DNA from: Nitrosopumilus sp.
GTDB lineage: Archaea; Thermoproteota; Nitrososphaeria; Nitrososphaerales; Nitrosopumilaceae
Length of the DNA: 64,000 bases
Reading direction: 5' to 3'
NCBI GenBank assembly: GCA_965206745.1
Contig: OZ242220.1
Span: forward strand, 544,001 to 608,000
The stretch's first letter is position 1. Every line of letters starts with the position of its first letter. Below are positions 19,427 to 28,451 of the stretch, piece by piece. The position numbers and the translations under genes are program-made. The notes under the pieces are model-generated. The model ran no database searches. It worked only from the letters and a program-made list of their open reading frames with translations, and had not been told where the DNA came from.

Positions 19427-21610
19427 TTATGTGATCTCAAATGTCGTCTCTGCCGAACTCGACGAATCGGCAGTCTTGATGGTATATGTTCCCGGACTGA
19501 TATCCTTTGGAATCTTCCATGGCAGCTCAATTACACCCTCCTTTGATGCTTGGAATGCAAGTTCCTCTATGACCTTTCCATCTACTGCCACGATCTCAAT
19601 CTGGACTGTGTTTGCAGCCCCTATAACATGAATGGTGATAAAGTCGCTGACCTTGTCGAGTTTTGGCTTGTATATTGCTGAGACTGTCATTCCGTCTGAT
19701 ACTGTGCTGCCTAGTACCTCTATCTTTACATTGTCAAAGGTTGATCCGCTCTTTGCGTTGATCGTCCATATTCCTGGGGTCGCCTCTGATGGAATCCTGA
19801 ATGTGTCCTCAGAGATCTTTTTATTTTTATCTGAGAATGTCTCTTTAACCTTGATGACATTTCCATTAGGATCAGTCATGGTTATTGTGATCAGGACGTT
19901 GGGTCCGGTTTCACCCAAAATCAATACCTGGTCTCCTGGACGGTATTCTATCTTTGTCGTATTGATGTCAATCTCGCGTGAACCTGCCCCTAGACCTACC
20001 GTGAAGATCTCTCTGCTTTGGGCACTGCCTTTGTTGACTATTACATGGTATATCCCTGATCCATATCCTGTCAGATCTATGGAATGTGAAGCGCGGCCAT
20101 TAAGTTGCAGCGTGATTGATGTCGCATTGGCAACTGGCTTGTCAGAAGGATTCAAAATTAACAGGCTGACAATCTCTGATGGCTCCCCTGACAGGCTTAC
20201 TATTGCCGTCTCCCCTCCCTTGTAATTCAACTTGTCTAATTCCACGCCGACAGGAATTACTGGTAATTGTCCGAGTCCCACGTAAATGACCTCCTTTAGG
20301 TCTCCCTGTGTCGCAGTTAGCTTGTATGTTCCTTCTGGCATGTTGTGAGTTATTGGGAATTCAAATGTTACATGGCCTAAATCATCTGTCTTTTTGATAT
20401 CTGATGCCGCCTCGTTTCCAAGCGGATCCTCTAGTGCTATCTCAATTGATTTGTTTGGCAATGCCGTACCGTTAAACCTCATGGTTTCTCCCGGATCAAA
20501 TCTTATTGTAGTCGAGGATATGGTGATCATTTTATCTGTTCCAACGGTCCAGCCAACTTGTATGCTTTCCCTGCCGTCAGAAATCACTGCACTGTATGTG
20601 CCAAATGGCGTATCTGGTGCCACTAGTATCGGCTCATCCACTTTCCAATCGCCTTTGTTGTTTATCTCAGCTGGCCTTGTATTGATCACCTCTCCATCCG
20701 GGGTGGTGATATCTACAGTTATCGCACCATTTGGATTTCCGGTTCCTGATACCTCCAAGTATGACCCTCTGTAAACCATATCTGGAATTCCTTTAACCGT
20801 TAGTGGGATGCTATCAGACGATGGAATTCTGTTAACATTTTCTCCTATTCTGATGCTCATCTTCTTCTCTTCTCCGTCTGATGCCCTGATCTTTAAATCT
20901 GCTCTGTCTGCCTTTTGATCATCTGGAATCTCAACTGTTTCCATAAAGTGGCCATTCTCATCTGTCTCAAAGGTGTCTATTTTTTTTGAATCAATGTAAA
21001 ACTCCAACTCTTGCAATGGCCCAAAGTTGCTTCCTGTCACCCTGATTGACGAGCCTACATTTGGTTTCTCTGGAACTATTCTAAATACCGATTCATTAGT
21101 CATGCTGTTTTCAGGATCCATTGGTGTTGGATCCGGTTTTGGGTCTGGCTTTGGATCAGGTTTTGGATCCGGCTGTTGATTTTTACCTGTTGATGATAAC
21201 TCTTTTGCAATAGCTGTTCCGGTACCGACCAGTGCATCTTTGCTGTCAAGTGCCTTCCAATTGATTTGGGCATTTGACTTGTCTGTCTTTACTCCAAACT
21301 TTACTGATTCCCCGGGCTTGATGGATTCTGATGCTGTAAAGACAACGACACCTAGGGGATTCTTCTCACCTGTCCATCCTTTTTCAGTTTTAAATGATTC
21401 TATATTAAAATCGGATCCGACCCAGATTCTTAAAGTATTGACTTGTCCTGTTGAATCGTTTGATAACTCCAATATTGACGTCTCCTCTAGGGAGATGCTT
21501 GAAATTGATGCTTCCTGACCATAAACATTTGATGTAAGTAAGGCAATCGAGAACAATAATGCGACTGAAAGGAAAATTCCTCTCATAGAGGATCTATTCA
21601 TGTAACTCAA
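19427..21610 (-). CDS. Secreted/surface protein with repeated beta-sandwich (Ig-like) domains
   Basis: Signal peptide; repeated G.Y.I.A strand motifs; PDPK linker. Confidence 0.8.
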   Translation of the reverse strand: MSYMNRSSMRGIFLSVALLFSIALLTSNVYGQEASISSISLEETSILELSNDSTGQVNTLRIWVGSDFNIESFKTEKGWTGEKNPLGVVVFTASESIKPGESVKFGVKTDKSNAQINWKALDSKDALVGTGTAIAKELSSTGKNQQPDPKPDPKPDPKPDPTPMDPENSMTNESVFRIVPEKPNVGSSIRVTGSNFGPLQELEFYIDSKKIDTFETDENGHFMETVEIPDDQKADRADLKIRASDGEEKKMSIRIGENVNRIPSSDSIPLTVKGIPDMVYRGSYLEVSGTGNPNGAITVDITTPDGEVINTRPAEINNKGDWKVDEPILVAPDTPFGTYSAVISDGRESIQVGWTVGTDKMITISSTTIRFDPGETMRFNGTALPNKSIEIALEDPLGNEAASDIKKTDDLGHVTFEFPITHNMPEGTYKLTATQGDLKEVIYVGLGQLPVIPVGVELDKLNYKGGETAIVSLSGEPSEIVSLLILNPSDKPVANATSITLQLNGRASHSIDLTGYGSGIYHVIVNKGSAQSREIFTVGLGAGSREIDINTTKIEYRPGDQVLILGETGPNVLITITMTDPNGNVIKVKETFSDKNKKISEDTFRIPSEATPGIWTINAKSGSTFDNVKIEVLGSTVSDGMTVSAIYKPKLDKVSDFITIHVIGAANTVQIEIVAVDGKVIEELAFQASKEGVIELPWKIPKDISPGTYTIKTADSSSSAETTFEIT
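21128..21173 (-). repeat. (PDPK)n proline-rich linker repeat
   Basis: QPDPKPDPKPDPKPDPTP, 12-bp degenerate units. Confidence 0.8.
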
Positions 21611-21690
21611 TCTTCATCTCTCTCACTTAAAGTATTCTTCACTTTTCTATTTCTCAATTTAGTATCCATCATGGGTAAAGTTATTAAATC

Positions 21691-23784
21691 TCAAGGCTTG
21701 GCCCTTTGAAATTTGTCCAAGTCTGATTTTGCAACTGCATTTTGATATTGTCTGATCCGCTCGGCAATTAGCCTATATAGTGACCTGAATTGATCCTTTG
21801 TTTTGTCTGATAGGAAATCTGTCTCCTCAAGGGTTATCTTCTCACAGATGTACCTGGTTATCTCCTCATTGTCAAACTCTTCCCAGTCCTCCTCCCTGTG
21901 TTCCTGCCATATCTTTCTTAGCTTCTCCAAAATCCCCTTTCCCTCCTTTGATGTGACCTCTTGGGGTGTGATGTTTGAAAAACCCTCATGCCTTAACTTT
22001 ATCTCATAAGTCTGATTTACCGGATACAGATAATCCTCGAGATCTATATAGTCCTCAATTGATTCGAGCTTTTTCCCTTCATGTTCAAAGAATATGGTCT
22101 GAATGGATGAAAATTCATTTGACTCTAGCTGAGATGAGATCTGTTTTGACTCCTCAGAGTTATCTAGCAGAACAAATGTTCTATACCCGTGGTTCCTGTA
22201 AAAGATTGCCAAAGGCAGAACTGAATTTTTGTTATAGGCTGCAACCACGTTAAGTGGGTTCATTGAGATGTTTGGATCTTGCAGGAATTTGTCAAAGGCA
22301 TTAAGATACATGGAATCAGACATTGTCTCGACTATGATGATTGGTCTGGAGTTTGTACCTATCTCCCTATCCACGATTGATTCTACCTGACCTCTACACA
22401 GGCCATACAGGATTGGCGTTAATGTTTTGTCATCTGCATTCCAATAATCATAAAAGATCCTGCTGAGATGTTTTCTCTTGTCTAGTTCTACAACCAGCAG
22501 GTTGCCTGGTGTATAGTCAAATATCATAAATGGTGAGTGTGTCGCATACAATACCTGGTTTGATCCTGCCAAATTTTTCAACAAATCCGAGATTCCCATC
22601 TGCTGTGTCGGATGCAGGTTTCTTGCCGGTTCGTCCAAAAGCAATATTGCCTCTTTCAACTCTGCCCTCTGTGTCTCTGCTGCAAAGTTTACGATAAATG
22701 AAAATGTCCACTTGAAGCCTTCTGCCCTTCTGTTTAGCAGGCCCGTGTTTGTGATGGTTCCGTCTCTGTGCACATCAGAAATTATCACACTCATTATGTT
22801 TCCTGGGTTGTACCTCAGGTCAACGTGAATCGGATCCCCCTTCCAAGCTGGATTTAGTTTTTTAGTTAGTCTGTTGCTTGCCGCATTGAGAAGCTTGATG
22901 CATTTGGAAGGACTTTTTTTTACCTCGTCTAGTTCTTTAATGTCCAGTTCTGCCAAGTAGAACAGGTTTCTTACTGTCTCGGCCTTGTCAAACTCTTCTA
23001 CAAACTCGATTGAATCTGGACGTTCGCCTCTCTCCTCTCTTAGGTATTCGTTGAGATTGATGTTGCCGTAGATTTTTTTATAATCTGAAAAGTATACGAA
23101 TCTTGGATGTAATTCTGCTGCAATAAAGTTCTGCAGTGCGGTTTTATCACTCTCACCCCTTAGAAGATTTGAAAATTGGTTTTCAGGACTTTTATAGATC
23201 TTGCCCCACTCTTCTATCACCTTTGGTTCTTGTATGGCTATTACGTGAAATTGATTGCTAAACTCTGCCATCTGAGCATCAAAAGTTTCCTGATTCTTGG
23301 GGGCATCTTCTTCAAAGATTTTTGTATCCACTTGTATCCTTAGATGGTTTGGTATGGTGTCCAAAAATCCAAATATTCTCCTTGAAAAGTTTTCCCATGA
23401 ATTAAGGCCCTTGTTCTCGTTCTCACTAAGTTCGATGTTTTCAAACTCATACTGCACTCTGGGATTTTGGTTCGTTCTAAACAACTTGATCTTTTTAATC
23501 TCCGGCAGTCCTGGAAACTTCTCCTTGATGATGCCGACCTCGTTTTCACTCAGGTCAAAATCCCCCTCTGCCAGCCTCATCTCCTCTTTTAGTTCCTCAT
23601 TCATCTCATCACAGAGATCCAACTCTGAAACTTGCTCGTCCCTGTTTAGCAGGGTCAGTGCTTGAAGGATCGTAGTCTTTCCGCTCTCGTTTCTACCTAC
23701 AAACGCTGCCAAATCTCCAACCGTAATTTCTCCAGAGTCATGAATGCAACGATATGCCCTGACTCTGAATTTTCTAAGTCGCAT
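21691..23784 (-). CDS. ABC-type ATPase with C-terminal Toprim-like domain (OLD-family-like)
   Basis: Walker A GRNESGKT, Walker B ILLLDEP, H-loop ATHSP, Toprim-like IIVETMSD. Confidence 0.85.
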   Translation of the reverse strand: MRLRKFRVRAYRCIHDSGEITVGDLAAFVGRNESGKTTILQALTLLNRDEQVSELDLCDEMNEELKEEMRLAEGDFDLSENEVGIIKEKFPGLPEIKKIKLFRTNQNPRVQYEFENIELSENENKGLNSWENFSRRIFGFLDTIPNHLRIQVDTKIFEEDAPKNQETFDAQMAEFSNQFHVIAIQEPKVIEEWGKIYKSPENQFSNLLRGESDKTALQNFIAAELHPRFVYFSDYKKIYGNINLNEYLREERGERPDSIEFVEEFDKAETVRNLFYLAELDIKELDEVKKSPSKCIKLLNAASNRLTKKLNPAWKGDPIHVDLRYNPGNIMSVIISDVHRDGTITNTGLLNRRAEGFKWTFSFIVNFAAETQRAELKEAILLLDEPARNLHPTQQMGISDLLKNLAGSNQVLYATHSPFMIFDYTPGNLLVVELDKRKHLSRIFYDYWNADDKTLTPILYGLCRGQVESIVDREIGTNSRPIIIVETMSDSMYLNAFDKFLQDPNISMNPLNVVAAYNKNSVLPLAIFYRNHGYRTFVLLDNSEESKQISSQLESNEFSSIQTIFFEHEGKKLESIEDYIDLEDYLYPVNQTYEIKLRHEGFSNITPQEVTSKEGKGILEKLRKIWQEHREEDWEEFDNEEITRYICEKITLEETDFLSDKTKDQFRSLYRLIAERIRQYQNAVAKSDLDKFQRAKP

Positions 23785-23888
23785 CTAGCGATATTTAGTC
23801 GGCTACGATTTAACTCATTCGTCAAAACAATTTTCACCTTTGAAATCCTGCTAAATAGATATAAGGGAATTGTGGATTTTAAAACAAA

Positions 23889-24353
23889 ATGGCTACTAAG
23901 CAAGTTTTGATTGTATTTGTTTTGCCTGTAATTATATCAGTAATATTTGGTTCAGCAGTATTCTCTGATATTCTTCAAAACCCTGATAGGGAATTAAAGC
24001 CCTGGTCAATATCGTCTCCTCAGGCAGCTCCTGCTAGTAGCACTTTGATTGAGATTATGGGACTATCTGCACAATATTCCACCTCTGAACCCGTCGAAAT
24101 TCAAGTAAAAATCTCTGATTCGTCATTTGACTGTGGGGACTTGTACATTACGATATATTCTTTGCCAGACAAGACTCCCGTCACACAAGGCGGATTCTTT
24201 GAACAGTGTCTAGAGTCCGGAAATAAAGTTATTCCTATTGGGGATGAATTCTCCAAACTAGTTGATATTCCCGGCTCATATGAAATAACTGCTGAAATGA
24301 TCTCAAAACAGTTAACGAATATCTCTACCAAAGGAACATTTACTGTTAAATAG
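23889..24353 (+). CDS. Hypothetical membrane-anchored protein
   Basis: N-terminal transmembrane helix, beta-rich domain with two Cys. Confidence 0.78.
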   Translation: MATKQVLIVFVLPVIISVIFGSAVFSDILQNPDRELKPWSISSPQAAPASSTLIEIMGLSAQYSTSEPVEIQVKISDSSFDCGDLYITIYSLPDKTPVTQGGFFEQCLESGNKVIPIGDEFSKLVDIPGSYEITAEMISKQLTNISTKGTFTVK

Positions 24354-24404
24354 GAATGAAATGTTGTTGATAGATAAGGTATTGAATTTAAAAAGCAAGG
24401 TGAT

Positions 24405-25373
24405 TTGATGACAAATAAAAAAGATGCTCTAATTGAAGCAGATAAAATCAAGGCAGAGCTCAATAAATTAAAAAAGAAAGTTTCTGCTTTATCAACTACA
24501 AAAAAGAGTACGAAAAAATCAGATGCAAAGTCTGTCAAAAAGACTGTAAAAAAATCCGATGAAAAACCTACAAAAAAGAGTACGAAAAAATCAGATGCAA
24601 AGTCTGTCAAAAAGACTGTAAAAAAATCCGATGATAAAACTATAAAGAAGACTCTGAAAAAATCTGATGCAAAAACTACAAAGAAATCCGATACAAAGCC
24701 TGCAAAAAAATCTAATGAGAAACCTACAAAAAAGAGTACGAAAAAATCAGACGCAAAGTCTACAAAAAAGCCTGCAAAGAAATCAGATGCAAAGTCTACA
24801 AAGAAGGGCACAAAGAAAACAGATGCAAAGCCTGCAAAGAAGCCTGTAAAAAAAGCTGTGAAAAAGGTCGTTGTAAAGCCAGTCAAAGTAAAAAAATTAA
24901 CTAAAAAAGAATTAGAGGAGATTAAAAGAATAGAGGAATTAACCCTTGAGGAGGAATTAGAAGAACAACTATCTGATGAGGAAATTGAAAATTTCCAAAT
25001 AGAAAAAGTTGACATGGAAAGACTGACAAACAAAGTCTGCGATATTTTAGCCGAGAAGGAGTCCGATGGAATGCTTCAGGGCGAGCTGTGGAAGAAACTC
25101 AAACTTACAAACCAGATTGGTTCTCGTTTGGCCTTAAAACTTGAAAGAATGGGTACGATTACTAGGGAGAAACTTCTTGAGAATAATCGCTGGACTTACA
25201 AATTAATTTTAAAGAAAACCCCAATCAGTACACAATCAATTGAACGTGCGCCATGTCTGGTTTGTCCTGTGGAACAGAAATGTTCCCTTGACGGTGAGAT
25301 CAGTCCTACCACTTGCCAACTAATTGAGGATTGGGTAATTGCCGAGATGAAAAAACCTGTGAAGGCCAAATGA
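24405..25373 (+). CDS. TFE-beta/RPC34-like transcription factor with long Lys-rich N-terminal extension
   Basis: Winged helix (GMLQGELWKKLKL...LERMGTITREK) plus C-terminal PCLVC...C...PTTC...W Fe-S motif. Confidence 0.8.
   Translation: MMTNKKDALIEADKIKAELNKLKKKVSALSTTKKSTKKSDAKSVKKTVKKSDEKPTKKSTKKSDAKSVKKTVKKSDDKTIKKTLKKSDAKTTKKSDTKPAKKSNEKPTKKSTKKSDAKSTKKPAKKSDAKSTKKGTKKTDAKPAKKPVKKAVKKVVVKPVKVKKLTKKELEEIKRIEELTLEEELEEQLSDEEIENFQIEKVDMERLTNKVCDILAEKESDGMLQGELWKKLKLTNQIGSRLALKLERMGTITREKLLENNRWTYKLILKKTPISTQSIERAPCLVCPVEQKCSLDGEISPTTCQLIEDWVIAEMKKPVKAK
24496..24761 (+). repeat. 67-bp exact direct repeat (24496-24562 and 24568-24634) plus degenerate copies encoding KKS/KKP units
   Basis: 72-bp period read from the sequence; partial third copy near 24721-24761. 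Confidence 0.88.
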
Positions 25374-25963
25374 AACTAGCAGATGCGCGCAAGGATCACT
25401 ATCGTAGACTGGCTCATGAACAAGGGTTTCGAAGCAGGGCCGCATTCAAACTACAAGAGTTAAACAAATCATACAGACTCATAGGTCCCGGTTTTAACGT
25501 ACTGGATCTCGGATGTGCACCGGGAGGCTGGTCCCAGATGGCTATGAAGTTGGTTGGAAATCAGGGCAAGGTAATGGGGGTTGACTTGGCCTATGTTGAA
25601 GAAATTTCCGGGGTCCACATCATTAGGGAGAACATTGAAGACGAGCATGTCGTTGATGAGGTGATGTCCTATTTCGGGCGCAAAGTCAACGCCGTAATCT
25701 GTGATTTGTCCCCTCAGGTAAGCGGAAATTGGTCCGTTGATCACGCCAAGCAGATTTCATTAAATTACGACTGTACAAAAATTCTAGAGAAGGTCCTAGC
25801 GCATAAAGGCAATGCCGTCTTTAAGCTTTTTGATGGTGAATTCTCTATGGAATTTAGGGACTATATCAAGAAGAAATTCGTAAGGGTCAACCTTACAAAA
25901 CCTGATGCAAGCAGGAAACAAAGCAGTGAGTTGTACCTTGTCTGCCTGGGTTTTATTGGATAG
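25370..25963 (+). CDS. rlmE: 23S rRNA 2'-O-methyltransferase (RlmE/FtsJ)
   Basis: FRSRAAFKL, LDLGCAPGGWSQ, ASRKQSSELY. Confidence 0.94.
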   Translation: MKLADARKDHYRRLAHEQGFRSRAAFKLQELNKSYRLIGPGFNVLDLGCAPGGWSQMAMKLVGNQGKVMGVDLAYVEEISGVHIIRENIEDEHVVDEVMSYFGRKVNAVICDLSPQVSGNWSVDHAKQISLNYDCTKILEKVLAHKGNAVFKLFDGEFSMEFRDYIKKKFVRVNLTKPDASRKQSSELYLVCLGFIG

Positions 25964-27101
25964 TCCCAAAGATCTCTATTATCTCTGCGATGTTGGCATT
26001 GGTTCTAAAGCCTGTCGGATCAAATGCCGTGACGCTGGCCAAAAAGTTGTTTTCCCGCAGGCTTGCAATTGCTTTTTCTAACTTTGGCGGCGATGATTTC
26101 ATTGTCGATGCAACCTCATCTACTGTAAAATACATTGCTGGCATCTCTGACTCTTCCAGACATTTGCAGAGTATCTTCTCGCATGATTTGTCTGTCTCCA
26201 ATCTGGAATTCTCCTCTGACATGTTTTCTACAAACTCCCTGTCAAAAATTCTCCCTATCCACAGTGGTCCGCCCACGCTTACTGCTGATCTGCACAGTTC
26301 GCATTCCTGCTCCTGTTCTAATGCAGTCTTTCTGTGACCGCACTCTTTGCAATGTAATATGTATCCAATATTCTCCTTTTGATCTGGCCTGTTCCTGACC
26401 TTGACGTATGTTCTATAGTAGTGCATCTCGCTTTCAACAAACATTGGAACTATCTCTACTCCTAGCCTTGCAGCTACCGCTCTTAGGGAACCTAGAATCA
26501 ATCTGATTGCAATCTCATCCCCGTACTCTGTCCTCACTGGGACTCCCCCGTATCTTCTCCTGCATGCGCCCTGAAAGAGGCCATTTAGAACCTGAAGATC
26601 CGTGGCTGCAGTTGAGAGTATCCCTCCATGCATCGTTGCCCTGATCCCGCAGTCAAAGAATGCTGCAGGTGAGCCAAACGGATCAATGTCCACAATCGAT
26701 CCCCGTTCTCCTTTCTTTGAATGATCACTGAAAAACCTGCATGCCTCTTTTTCGGAAAACTCGATATTTTTTATTCCGTTGAGTCCCGCTGAGTGCTGCG
26801 CCATTTTGAGGGCAGACGGGTTTAGATCGTTTATCCTGATTTTGTCGATTCCTAGCTCATTTGCAACCCGCAATCCTCTAGCACCAATGCCAGAAAGACC
26901 CTCCAGGAAAATTTTTGGACCTTCAAATTTGCCAAGAAATGCAGCGTATGCAATTATCGAAAAATCCCTATTCATTTTTGCCCTTGGATTGAAAAATGCC
27001 GGCTTCTTTGGAGGCACTTTCTCCGTGATTGATTTTTTTGGAACAACAAGTTTTGTACTGCCTTCAATTATTTCTTGAAAAATTTCACCCGTAAATTCCA
27101 A
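25953..27101 (-). CDS. trm1: tRNA (guanine-26 N2)-dimethyltransferase
   Basis: FFNPRAKMNRD, GARGLR, DIDPFGSP, GPLWIG, FRTNA. Confidence 0.94.
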   Translation of the reverse strand: MEFTGEIFQEIIEGSTKLVVPKKSITEKVPPKKPAFFNPRAKMNRDFSIIAYAAFLGKFEGPKIFLEGLSGIGARGLRVANELGIDKIRINDLNPSALKMAQHSAGLNGIKNIEFSEKEACRFFSDHSKKGERGSIVDIDPFGSPAAFFDCGIRATMHGGILSTAATDLQVLNGLFQGACRRRYGGVPVRTEYGDEIAIRLILGSLRAVAARLGVEIVPMFVESEMHYYRTYVKVRNRPDQKENIGYILHCKECGHRKTALEQEQECELCRSAVSVGGPLWIGRIFDREFVENMSEENSRLETDKSCEKILCKCLEESEMPAMYFTVDEVASTMKSSPPKLEKAIASLRENNFLASVTAFDPTGFRTNANIAEIIEIFGTIQ

Positions 27102-27161
27102 CTGTTTTTCAATCTTTCTTAACGTATAACGGTTTAATACTTGTGTTTTTAGACAAAACTC

Positions 27162-27776
27162 GTGCAGGTTTGCGGTATTGATGATGCTGGGCGTGGTCCC
27201 ATGCTGGGTCCCTTGGTGATAGCTGGGGTATTACTGGAGAAAAAAAACATAAAAAAATTAAACGCCTTGGGCGTAAAGGACTCAAAAAGACTTACTCCTA
27301 GATCACGCGAGGATCTATACAAAAAGATTATTGAAATCGTGGATGATTACCATATTGCAAAAATCCCTCCCAGATCAATTGATGCTAGTGTAAAGAAGCA
27401 CCGTCTAAATGATTTGGAGGCAAAATACATGGCAAAGGTCGTCTCAAAACTGAATCCTGATGTCTCCTATGTTGACTCGTGCGATGTCAATCCGGCCAGA
27501 TTTGGAAGGACAATCTCTGAACTCTCTGAGAATCACAAGATCAGGTCATACCATCGTGCAGATAGCAGATTCGTCGTGGTGTCTGCAGCGTCTATTCTTG
27601 CTAAAGTGACTAGGGATAGGGTAATTATGAAGTTAAGGAAGGATCATAATTTGGGCAGCGGATATCCGTCTGATTCCACAACTGTGAAATTCGTCACGAA
27701 ATATTACAAAAAGAACCGTGAGATGCCTAAATTTGTGCGTAAAAGTTGGAAGCCTGTACAGAGAATAATGGCGTAA
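27162..27776 (+). CDS. rnhB: Ribonuclease HII
   Basis: GIDDAGRGP, VKDSK, SAASILAKV.RD, GSGYPSD. Confidence 0.95.
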   Translation: MQVCGIDDAGRGPMLGPLVIAGVLLEKKNIKKLNALGVKDSKRLTPRSREDLYKKIIEIVDDYHIAKIPPRSIDASVKKHRLNDLEAKYMAKVVSKLNPDVSYVDSCDVNPARFGRTISELSENHKIRSYHRADSRFVVVSAASILAKVTRDRVIMKLRKDHNLGSGYPSDSTTVKFVTKYYKKNREMPKFVRKSWKPVQRIMA

Positions 27777-28451
27777 CTAGTCTTTGAATTTTGCAATCAC
27801 CATTGCATGGTCTTTGTCATAGGGGTGAAGATCTATGATTTGCAATACATCAAACTTTGGTTTTAGCTTCTCCACTTCTCCATCAACAATTCTTTTTGGC
27901 GCTTTTGTGACATCGATACTTCTAGTTTTAATGACTAGAAAAAAGTAACCGCTTTTTTTTAGATACATTTGGCAGTTGTCTATGGCAATCTTTGTTTGAT
28001 CTGGCTGCGCAATGTCGACATAGACGACATCTACCTTTCCAAATACCGAAAAGTATTCCTTTGGCCTTCTTGCATCTTGCAGAATCGGTATGATGTTTTT
28101 TCTGTACGATACGACTCTGTCTAGGAAATCCCTTGCAACTCTGCTTGCATGTTCCACTCCAAAAACTATTCCATTGGGTCCTACAATATCTGATATGTGG
28201 CTGACTGTGGTTCCAGTAGATGCCCCCAAGTACAAAATCTTACTTTTGTTTTCAAAAGGAAAATAGTCCAATCCGTTTATTATTGATGCCGCTAACTTAC
28301 TTCTGAATGGATCCCATAGCCTGTATTCAATTCCTTTCTTGATGATTAATTTTTCCTTGTAAACTTCATTTCCTGGAACCATGTTTTCTGTAGCTAGTTT
28401 TTTCTGCCCTTCAGACTTGATCCAAAAAAATGATTGATTATCTTCTTCCAA
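27777..28451 (-). CDS. flpA: Fibrillarin-like rRNA/tRNA 2'-O-methyltransferase
   Basis: WDPFRSKLAA, LYLGASTGTTVSH, DIAQPDQ, IKTRSID; probable TTG start at 28451 (the upstream extension overlaps the nop5 repeats). Confidence 0.93.
   Translation of the reverse strand: MEEDNQSFFWIKSEGQKKLATENMVPGNEVYKEKLIIKKGIEYRLWDPFRSKLAASIINGLDYFPFENKSKILYLGASTGTTVSHISDIVGPNGIVFGVEHASRVARDFLDRVVSYRKNIIPILQDARRPKEYFSVFGKVDVVYVDIAQPDQTKIAIDNCQMYLKKSGYFFLVIKTRSIDVTKAPKRIVDGEVEKLKPKFDVLQIIDLHPYDKDHAMVIAKFKD

Noticed and set aside
24101-25033. 310-aa Phe-rich minus-strand ORF
   Set aside because: Antisense mirror of the Lys-rich repeats
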